64,000 nt of DNA from Phoronis australis (Eukaryota; Animalia; Phoronida). Positions 53,802 through 64,000 of this stretch are shown here, in pieces. The first letter of the stretch is position 1. The number at the start of each line of letters is the position of its first letter. The stretch covers positions 212,944 to 276,943 of the forward strand of contig NMRA01000009.1 in assembly GCA_002633005.1 (NCBI GenBank). Direction: 5' to 3'. The translations under genes were made by a program, and so were the position numbers. The notes beneath the pieces are model-generated. The model did no database searches. It was not told the origin of the DNA and saw only the letters and a list, made by a program, of their open reading frames with translations.

Positions 53802-56610
53802 TTTTTATGCTCCCAAATTTTCGTATTTGTGCATGCTGCTGTCAAGTCTGTCGGGGCATCTGCTGTTGTATCTTTTTTTATAATGTAATATTTACAATAA
53901 GGGTAGCCCCATCAGTTCACACTGCTTTCCATGGGGGCCCTCCTGAACCCGTTGTGGGATCTTAATGAGATTTAGAAGATGTGTTGCTATGAAGCTGACG
54001 ACAGATGACTGCGAGTTTCAAACCAATCAGACTACTGCTGTACCCTCTAATGGTAGTTTTACTTCCTTCAGAATTCCATGGTAGAATTTTAGAAAATTTA
54101 GCGAATAGTTTTCTATTAAGAAGACTAATACATTTCTATAAACGGACGAATTCAAAATATTTTGCGCCACCTAGTGGCTACTTTTAGTACTTTTTAGTCT
54201 ATTTTTGATACACACTACTCTATCCCCCAAAACGCTTTAAGAATGAATTTGGCAGGTATGTTCGTGGTGAGAAGTCGACATGCGACATTAGTTTTTGGTG
54301 TTGTATATGGCAGTGTTGTTTTTTGTATCCTTGGCTTGACCTCATTGACCTTTTGCAGGATTATTGTGAAATTCACCAAATGTATTTTACTATAACGCTG
54401 ATGTCGAATGACTACATGTTTCACACCCATCCGACTACCACTGTGCCCCCTAGTGACAAATTTACTTTTTATGCACTCACATATTTATATGTGGACGCAT
54501 TATGCTGTCATCTCTATCCGTCCGGCGTCTAGCGTCCACTGCTCTATCTCCAAAACCGTTTGACGTATGTTCATGAAATTTTGCATGTATTCCTTTTGTG
54601 GATAGGACGGCATGAGCGAACTTTCAGAGGGATCCGACTTCCGGTGTGTCCACTAGTGGCAATTTTATTTTTTGCTTTTACCTCTATTTTTAAAAGTCCT
54701 CAACCTATTTTCATAAAATTTGGCATATAGGCATTGTTTTCAGATGGATTCGATGTAGTTTTCGTCACCTAGTGGCCATTTTTACTGTTTTCGAGTATGT
54801 TTGTTGGCGTCCACCCCTCTATCAACCAAACCACTCTAAGGATGATTGTGAAAATTGGCATGCTTGTTCTTACTATGAAGAGGATGGCTCATGATAATTT
54901 TCCGATGACTGACTACTATGGCGCCTCCAAGTGGCAGTTTTTTTTGCGCCATAGCTGTATCTCCTAAATGGCTTGCAGGATCTTTAGTAAATTTAACAAG
55001 TGTACTTATATAATATTGGCAACGGACGCCCACAACTTTCGGACGGATCTGACTACTGGTGTGCTCCCTAGTGGCAGTTTAATTTTTTACACTTACGTCT
55101 ATATCTTCAAAGGTTCTTAACGGATTTTCATAAAATTTGGAATTAGGCATCTATTTGGTGAGATGACTTTATCCTCCCATTTTCGGGTGAAATTGAGGTA
55201 TTTTGCGCTAAGTAGTGACCATTTTTGCTGTTTTGAGTCCACCCTCTATCAACCAATCCATTCTAAGGATGATTTTGAAAATTGGCATATACGATATGTT
55301 CGCAGTGCGAAGAGGACGGTTGGCAACAACTTCAACTACTGTGGCACTTCCTAGTGGTAACGACTTTCTAAAACCGGTCTGAGGTGGTGGCATGTTACAA
55401 CTATCATTAAAATCTCTTCATCGACCTCTTGTAAATAGACTCCTAGTGGTAGTTTTGTTAAATGTTTTACGCTCATAGGTGTATCTCCTAAACCCACTGT
55501 AGAATCTTTATTAAATTTAGTAAGTGTATTTATATGAAGCGAACAACAGACAACGAGGACTTTTAGGCGGATTCAAGGAACGCTGTGCCCCCTAGAGGGA
55601 ATTTCATTTTTTTTCCATTTTCCTTTGTTTCTCTGAAGTTCCTTGACAGATTTTTATGAAATTTGGTAAATAGTTTTCTATTAGAGAATAACGGCACTTC
55701 CCGTTTTCGGATGTATTGGACATTTTTGCGCCATCTAGTGGCCATTTTTGTGATGCAAATAGTCAACCCTAGATGCACATCGTTTGCGGTGCATTCGTGG
55801 GTGCATTTCAAGGCTTCGTGTTGCTCTTTTTTGAGACATTTTCATGAAATGTAGCAAATAAGGTTTTGTTAAAAAACAGCAATACTTTTTCAAGCAAATT
55901 CAGTGTATTCTGCCCCACCCCCACCTAGTGTCCATCTTTAATATTTACGAGTCCTCCTTATATGCAGATGTGTTCTTGATAAGAAGGCCATGACTGATTT
56001 TTGGACGTCCAACTACTGTGGCGCCCCTTAGTAGAGAATTTTTTGGGTCCGTAACTGTATGGCTTTAACTCGATGCAGTATCCTTGTGAAATTCAGCGAG
56101 TATTTTCCTATGAATTTGTCAATGGCTGATCACCACTTTTGGATGGATCTGATTACCGTTGTGCCCCCTAGTGGTAGTTTTTTTTTGTTTAGCTCTGTGT
56201 CTGATGGTTTTTCATGAAGTTTGGCAGATAGGTTTCTGTTATGGGAGACGACAGCACGTTTCCATTATGGAACAAATTCTATGTAGTCTGTTTCACCTAG
56301 TGGCGATTGTTATTATTTTTGAATTTGTTTTTGTTGTCTGCCACTGCACCTTCCAAACCGCTTAGAGGATCATGAAAATTGGCATATGTGTTCTTACTGA
56401 CAAGAGCACAACTGGTTACTTTCTTCGAATGAGTACAACTTCTGCGGTGCTCCGTTGTGGCATTTTTTGCATCTGCGGCTATGTCTTCTAAACCCCCTGC
56501 AGGATCTTTGTCACATTTGGCATGTGCAACTTGCCGACAGATAGATGAAACTGTCTACTGCTGTGCCTCCTAGTAGCGTTTTGAGTTTTGTATGTTTGAC
56601 TGACCACTGT
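53802..56610 (+). mobile_element. Older degenerate HINE copy interrupted by a younger copy
   Basis: TTTTTATGCTCCC start; diverged CCCCTAGTGG subrepeats at 53802-54465 and 55833-56610. Confidence 0.55.
54466..55832 (+). mobile_element. HINE/Helentron-associated element (nested)
   Basis: Same 5' hairpin, array and 3' end as 50418-51929. Confidence 0.75.
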
Positions 56611-56664
56611 ATCTTCAATTCAAGACCAAAATTCCCCATTCACACTGACCAGCAATCCCCAAAA

Positions 56665-57075
56665 CAGGAATGTTGATGGTGGTATGAAAGTCAGGAATGT
56701 GTTGATGGTGGTATGAAAGTCAGGAATGTGTTGATGGTGGTCTGAAAGTCAGGGATGTATTGATGGTGGTCTGAAAGTCAGTGATGTGTTGATGGTGGTA
56801 TGAAAGTCAGTGATCCGTTGATGGTGGTATGAATGTCAGCGATGTGTTGATGGTGGTATGAAAGTCAGGGATGTGTTGATGGTGGTATGAAAGTCAGTGA
56901 TCCGTTGATGGTGGTATGAATGTCAGCGATGTGTTGATGGTGGTATGAAAGTCAGGGATGTGTTGATGGTGGTATGAAAGTCAGTGATCCGTTGATGGTG
57001 GTATGAATGTCAGGGATGTGTTGATGGAGGTATGAAAAAGTCAGGGATGTGTTGATGGACTAGGTATGAAAGTCC
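56665..57075. repeat. 29-bp minisatellite with an ~85-bp higher-order pattern
   Basis: GTTGATGGTGGTATGAAAGTCAGGGATGT, about 14 copies; the GTGATCCGTTG variant recurs every third unit. Confidence 0.93.
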
Positions 57076-58522
57076 CTAAGCTGCATCACAATAATATTGT
57101 GGTTTTTGGCTAGTTAATAAAAGAAAGAGATTAGAGCTGCCTAAAGTCCACCCCATCCTTTGTCCAAGGGTCTTGCACTTAAATGAACATCTGATTCTGC
57201 TTGTGAATTTGACCAGATGTGAGCAGCCTTTGTCCAAGGGTCTTGCCTTTGTAATGAACATCTGATTTTGCTTGTGAATTTGACCATATGTAAACAGCCT
57301 TTTTCAACAATGTTCTTACAAAATGGTGTGTTTCAATGTAATTGAATAAAAAAGTGTACAAAATTTGTAGTTCAAAACTCTATAAAAGTTTTCTTTCAAC
57401 TTTAAAAATCTGCAGATGGACTTTTATTATATTTTGCAATGTGGCATTGTTCAAAATGCCTACAAAAAGGTTAGGTTTGTGTTTTAAACTTGTACAGAAG
57501 GTTATGTTTCTCAAAAAATATCAAAGGGTGACTTTTTACCACATCAACTTTTTCAGAATGTTTTTTTTTTGAAAAATGCTATGTTTATTTCTTAATTCAA
57601 ATTTTTGCTCGTTTTTTAAATTAGTTTCATTAGTCAGTGTCAACTTGTGATATACAAACAACAGTGACTGATGTTTCTATACAATTTGTACCTGGTGCCT
57701 GTGTTGATGTTCTTTGCATCAACATTGGAACACAAGTTGCCAAACTTATCTTCTCCGATTAATGCATTTGACAACTGAGTCTTCTTTCCATCCTAACCAA
57801 GTTCCACATTTGTGCAATGCCTCATCACTACAAGTGGCAGTCTCCTAATATTCTCACTGCGCGGTTGTTTTCTAAACCCAATGGAACAATCTTTACAAGT
57901 TTCAACAGGCATATTAGTTGGTAAGAAGTGTGCCAATACTGTGGGTGGATCTGGTGACCTCATATGACATTCTGTTATCGTTATTTATATTTATTGTGTT
58001 TGAGAGCATACTCCCTAGATATACCTAAACTCTGATAGATGGGCCGCTTGGTTGATAGCACCAGTTGTGACCATGCAGTGATTCATAAATATTAACTATC
58101 AATTAACATATTGTACTGCCTCACCTAACACTAGCACCTGTTACATGAACCATCACTAACTGGTAAGTAAACCAGATTAAGAATAAAAGATAGTTTGTTC
58201 TAGTCTGTCTTTTTTAAATCGGGCTAGAGGTGTGGTGTTTTTTTGGTTGCTCATTTTTTTCAAGAAATAAAGTCTACCTGTGACAAGCAAAAATGTTACA
58301 GCTTTTTGTATTCACCCCTAACCAGTTTTGTGTGTTGGGGGGCTGGCAGCAGTCGTGCAAGTGGTGAGAAGGTCCTTATCCTTATTGGTGGCAGCAGACA
58401 TGGAAATTACATCACAAGCCTGCATGTTCCAAACAATGATCATAATTATGCTTTACAATAGTGGATTTTGTCACCTAAAAGATTTTGTTATGCTCAGAAT
58501 AGTATTTGATGAATTTCAGTTT

Positions 58523-58915
58523 CCAAACCGTACCTTGTGTAAGGCAGACAATCCAAACCATACCTTGTGTAAGGCAGACAATCCAAACCATACCTTGTGT
58601 AAGGCAGACAATCCAAACCATACCTTGTGTAAGGCAGACAATCCAAACCATACCTTGTGTAAGGCTGACAATCCAAACCATACCTCTTGTAAGGCAGGCA
58701 ACCCAAACCATACCTCGCGTAAGGCAGACAATCCAAACCATACCTCGTGTAAGGCAGGCAATCCAAACCATACCTCGTGTAAGGCAGGCAATCCAAACCA
58801 TACCTCGTGTAAGGCAGACAATTCAAACCATACCTTGTGTAAGACAGACAATCCAAACCATACCTTGTGTAAGGCAGACAATCCAAACCATACCTTGTGT
58901 ATGGCAGACAATCCA
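58523..58915. repeat. 30-bp minisatellite
   Basis: TACCTTGTGTAAGGCAGACAATCCAAACCA, 13 copies; partial second block at 60763-60847. Confidence 0.95.
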
Positions 58916-60606
58916 ATTAATTCAAATGATACTTAACTACTTCATCTACTTCAACGATTGATCCGTGTTCTGAATTTTTTAATATTCTACCTGCAAATGC
59001 CTGCCTTAAAATATGCCGCATTATGAAATATGAAACGATATTTGCATCTTACCTGAAAGGTTTCATCTACCAACATATAAATTTTCTCAAATTTTAATTA
59101 GGCCTGGGAACTGAAATTTTATAAACAGTTTAAATAAGCATTTCGTCAATTTTAGTTGCTGTAGATTTCTGGAAAATTGCACTTCTCAGCATGCTTTGTG
59201 TTCTTTTTATGATGGAACACCCGTGTTATCCTGAAATAAGGCTGATGACCTTGAACAAACTCATCTAAAATTTTTCTTAAATGCCATGATGTCTGTTGGT
59301 TTCTATTTTATGCCATCAAAAAGAAAGAGAGATGCCACTTGCCATATGAAGTAAGCCAGTAGGGAACAAGCGACGTGAAGTAAGCCAATAGGGAATATCC
59401 GATAAATAGTACAACGCTAAGCGTTGGTGTCTCTTGTTACATTCAATTTCAAATTGTGCTATGCATGGCAGGCCAAGTTGACCAGGGCAATAACACAGTT
59501 CTTTCGTTCGTGGACATATGGGACTTAGTGTATGAATCATTTGACTATCCCACTGCACAGCGACGTAATTTGTCGTCATGATTTTGGCAAAGAATTTATA
59601 AAAAATCCCACAGGTCTTCATCCAAATGACATAAGTGAACTTCAGGTGTCTATCATGTATTCAATCACCTTTTAAAATGATAATGTAAATTTTGTCTTGT
59701 CACCACTACTAGTATGTCTTGAAATGGCCATTGTGGATGGGTTAGCCAATGTATTCAACACAGATGGTCTTTTTAGGGATGGCAATAATTTTCTGTCAGA
59801 CTTGTGAGACTAAGTAACTAATGTGGCTGATTCAAGTCCGAAGATAAGTGTTCCCATTGACTGAAGCTTCAGCAACACCAAAGCTTCGGAGGCAGTGGGA
59901 AAGACCTTTTAGACGTTGTTTGATCATACATCTACTTAATTAAAAAGTCATTTCACTCGATCAAAATTTAGACATTGTTTGATCATACATCTAATTAATT
60001 AAAAAGTCAAATTATTTTATTCAGAAATAATGTAAGCAATCACTAATTAATCCTGCACTGTTTTGGGAAATTGGTGTTGTTTAGAAATTACCATGTATTT
60101 CAGACAGTGTTTCCCCTGGGTTTTGAAAGGAGCGTGGTGGTGAATGGCCAAAACGGGGTGCAAAGCCCGTTGCCGCACGCAAATATGAGAAGTGGGATCA
60201 CCTTATTGTCTGGGTTTCAAAAAGAGCGTGGTGGTGAATGCTCTATGCGGATGCGGAACCCGGTGCCACATGCAAGCATTGGATGAAGTGAGATCCTTCC
60301 ATCAGGGGGGTGGGGTTGGGAGACCTTCCCAGGCAAACTTTGAAAATTAGATGTAATTGGGTGCAGTTTGCTCATCATAGACAAGACCTTAACCCGAGTA
60401 TCATGTAGTGGAAGTATCTGGGTAAAGGACACTTCTCAAGACAAATTGGCAAAGTGTCCAGCATAGTGTGATCTTTGTCGCACTTGAGTACAAAAAAAGA
60501 TTCAATAATCCACGAAGTGACAAACATAGAACAAAAGACATTTGAACTTTGTAGACGTAATAAACTAATTCGTGTAACGAAACTTCCTTTGACATCGTCT
60601 AGCTAA

Positions 60607-60761
60607 ACATAAATTAGTGGTAGTGGATTGGCATTGGCCGGCGTAGTAGACGATGTATAATGCAGACATAAATTAGTGGTAATGGATTGGCATTGGCCGG
60701 CGTAGTAGACGATGTATAATGCAGACATAAATTAGTGGTAATGGATTGGCATTGGCCGGCG
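60607..60761. repeat. 59-bp tandem repeat (resumes at 61682-61757)
   Basis: ACATAAATTAGTGGTARTGGATTGGCATTGGCCGGCGTAGTAGACGATGTATAATGCAG. Confidence 0.9.
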
Positions 60762-62234
60762 NACCTCGTGTAAGGCAGGCAATCCAAACCATACCTCGTG
60801 TAAGGCAGGCAATCCAAACCATACCTTGTGTAAGGCAGACAATCCAATTAACTCAAATGATACTTAACTACTTCATCTACTTCAACTTTTTGTTAACGAT
60901 TGATCCATGTTCTGAATTTTTTAATATTCTACCTGCAAATGCCTGCCTTAAAATATGCTACATTATGAAATGGGTCATTGTGGGACAGGGCATGAAAAAT
61001 TAAATTTCATAATTATCATTTTTATTCTTTATGACTGAGTCTGGTGCCTACTCTTCATAGCTTTGAACTTGAGAAGATAATTTGGTTTTTAATTTACATA
61101 TAATTTTGGCATTATCATTCTATGATAAAAAGTTGCGGAAGTTACTTTTTAATGGTTGACATCAATTTTCATACGATAGTTTTGTCAAATAATCTTAATA
61201 ACAAATGTTTTCCATTGCATATGTTCCCATCTAACAAGCATATATATAATAATTGAATTCCTCCAATAAAAAATATCTCAATTACTTATGTCGCGTTGTG
61301 GACGTTACTCATATTTTGACGTGTTATAGTTTTGGCATGGTATTATAACTTTATAAGCAACTAAAAAATCATGATTAGGTTTTGTATTAGTCCTAGGCCA
61401 ATACTTAACAGTAGAGCTTGTGCAGAGAATTGCTGACCTTTTTGTTTTATACTCTGTTGACGTTTGGACGTTACATGTTGACAGTTGACAAATGTTGACA
61501 TAGTAACATCCACAACTCACATCCAAGTTTGAAAATTTGAAATATTTTCATGTTCTAAAGCATAACAACTCATCATTTCATTAGAAATAATGGCATTCAT
61601 TTAATTTATTTACTTATTCATAACTTTAGATGTTGCTTTGACTGTTTTCTTTACAATTTCCTTTTCAATTGCCAAATGACNGATGTATAATGCAGACATA
61701 AATTAGTGGTAGTGGATTGGCATTGGCCGGCGTAGTAGACGATGTATAATGCAGACGAATCTGAGACTGGTTAACATTCAATATTGTCATTTTGGTGCAG
61801 GGTTGATTAAACAGTTGAATGCCACACCCAGCAGTATAATTCACAATGTCTTGTGTAAACTCAGACACGATGAAATGAATGAAGCAGAAATCTTGCTGTT
61901 TCTTACTTCATTAGCAAGCCCTGGCGTTTTCCCGTTTTAGAAAATTCGTATGTAGGTCGTTGCCTGGTCCCCGGCTGTATTAAGTTTATATGCATTGTCG
62001 GATAACCAGGCAGAAACGAGGTACAAAAGGAAATTGGGCATTGAATGATTGTGTTTAGAGGGCGGGCACAATTCAAGATCCCGTTGTAAAATCATTGTTT
62101 TTCCCTTTTGATCCACAAACAGCGAAAGGTGCTGTGTGACTTGTATTTATTCATTATTACTAGCAATCATTTTTACATGCGATTCATTTTTACTAACAAT
62201 CATTTTTACTTGCGATTCATTTTACTAGTGATAA

Positions 62235-63176
62235 TTATGCGTCCACATATTTATATATGGACGTCCACATATTTATATATGGACGCATTATGCCATCATC
62301 TTCGTCTGTCCGTCCGGCATCCGCTGCTCTATCTCCAAAACCCTTTGACATACGTTCATGAAATTTGGCATATATATTCCATTCATGAATGGGACGGCAT
62401 GAACGAACTTTCGGACAGATCCGACTACCGGTGTGCCTCCTAGAGGCAATTTTAGTTTTTTACACATACCTTTGTATCTTCAAAAGTTTTGGACGGATTT
62501 TCATGAAATTTGGTATGTAAGCACATATTAGTGAGGTGGCGCTATCCTCTTGTTTTCGGATGGATTTGACATAGTTTGCACCACCTAGTGGCCATTTTAC
62601 TGTTTTCGAGTCTGTTTTTTTGCGTCCACCCCTCTATCAACCTATCTGCCTGTTTTTGGATGGAATCGAGGTATTTAGCACCAACTAGTGGCCACTTTTG
62701 CTGTTTTCAAATCTTGTTTTTGGTGTCCATCCCTGTATCAACCAAATCATTTGAAAATTGGCATATATGTTCTCAGTGTGAAGACGACCTTTGATGATGG
62801 TGACTGATTTTTGTGGCACCTCCTAGTGGTAAGTTTTGTTTTGCACCCATAGTTGTATTTCTTAAACCCACTGCAGGATCTTTACTAAATTTAGTAAGTG
62901 TATTAATATGAAGATAACAACACCGACCACTTTCAGGCGGATCCAACAGGCACTGTGCCCACTAGTGGCAATTTCATTTTATTCTGTTTTCCTTTGTTTC
63001 TCTGAAGTTCCTTGACAGATTTTTATGAAATATGGCATGTTCCATTTTTTGGATGGATGGTATGTTTTTTGCGCTATCTAGTTTCCATTTTTATGACACA
63101 AATAAATAACCCTAAAAGCACACCATTTGCAATGCATTCGTGGGCACATTTCAATGCTCCACGTTGCTCTTGTTTT
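62235..63176 (+). mobile_element. HINE/Helentron-associated element (short array)
   Basis: Same termini, duplicated 5' hairpin GTCCACATATTTATATATGGAC; inserted in a TTTACTAG-type minisatellite. Confidence 0.75.
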
Positions 63177-63487
63177 ACTAGTGATAATTTTTACTAGCGA
63201 TAATTTTTATTAGCGATTTTTGCGTTGCAATGAAGATTCCCCATCACGATTAAGTATGTGGCGATCAATTTGAGTGTGATTTACGAGTGGCAGAGCCAAA
63301 AAAAACGTGGCGGGCCGCCCAGAAGTTTACACTAAGAGTAAACCCTGTCAGATCATATATAGCGCCCACACGTAGTTGTTCACAAAGTTGTCTGATTTGA
63401 CCGATTCATAGTTGCAAATTACAAGCATTCTAATCAATGTTCCAGGAGTAGTTTGTGTTGCCTCCCACAATATCTTCATAAAGTCCT

Positions 63488-64000
63488 AGACGTCCACACA
63501 CTACAACTTAGATTTTATGACGTCCACACACTACAACCAACGTTTTATGGTGTCCACAAACTACAACCGATGTTTTATGACATCAATACACTGCAACCAA
63601 TGTTATATGACATCCACACACTGCAACCAATGTTTTATGACGTCCACAGACTACAACCAACGTTATATGACGCCCAAACACTGCAACCAATGTTGTATGA
63701 CGTCCACACATTGCAACCAATGTTTTATGACGTCCACACTCTGCAACTAATGTTTTGTAATATACACAGACTACAACCAACGTTTTATGATGTCCACAAA
63801 CTACAACCGTTGTTTTATGTCATCCACACACTGCGACCAATGTTTTATGACGTCTACACACTGCAACCAATGTTTTATGACGTCCACACACTGCAACCAA
63901 TGTTTTATGACGTCTACAAACTGCAACCAATGTTTTATGACGTCCAAACACTGCAACCAATGTTTTATGATGTCCACACACTGCAACCAATGTTTTATGA
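63488..64000. repeat. 30-bp minisatellite running off the window
   Basis: TGTTTTATGACGTCCACACACTGCAACCAA, about 17 copies. Confidence 0.95.

Larger units (their letters stand above)
60105..63347. mobile_element. hAT-like element with 5-bp TSD (hAT5-like); interior disturbed by a HINE and assembly joins
   Basis: Ends CAGTGTTTCCCCT / AGAGTAAACCCTG; TCAGA at 60100-60104 and 63348-63352; CGTGGYGG subterminal motifs at both ends. Confidence 0.55.

Noticed and set aside
57693-57793. Possible - strand exon (DGKKTQLSNALIGEDKFGNLCSNVDAKNINTGT)
   Set aside because: AG/GT bounded, but no recognisable homology and no partner exons.
58328-58961. Long ORFs in five frames (e.g. CKADNPNHTL repeats, 202 aa)
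   Set aside because: By-product of a stop-free 30-bp minisatellite; no splice or homology support.
59316-59621. 101-aa ORF as a possible transposase remnant
   Set aside because: No recognisable catalytic or domain motif.

Overview
Animal (invertebrate-like, AT-rich, intron- and repeat-rich) genomic DNA from a draft assembly (N-gap 41767-42389; single-n joins at 32634, 35035, 60762, 61681). Two genes are readable by splicing by hand. (1) The last two coding exons of a KCTD5/KCTD2/KCTD17-family gene on + (2187-2312, 5958-5987). (2) A convergent PDPK1 (PDK1 kinase + PH domain) on - with 12 phase-consistent coding exons (33751->11235; about 496 aa from the ATG at 33685), one of whose introns is U12-type. 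Almost all ORFs in the supplied track are spurious or repeat-derived. The rest is minisatellites and non-autonomous mobile elements: Helentron/HINE-like elements whose central arrays carry a CTCF-like motif about every 144 bp, a 548-bp TRIM whose LTRs hold tRNA-type A/B boxes, a self-nested Academ-like element with a 9-bp TSD, and Harbinger-, ISL2EU-, Tc2- and hAT-like MITEs. All family assignments come from motif recognition; no database search was run.
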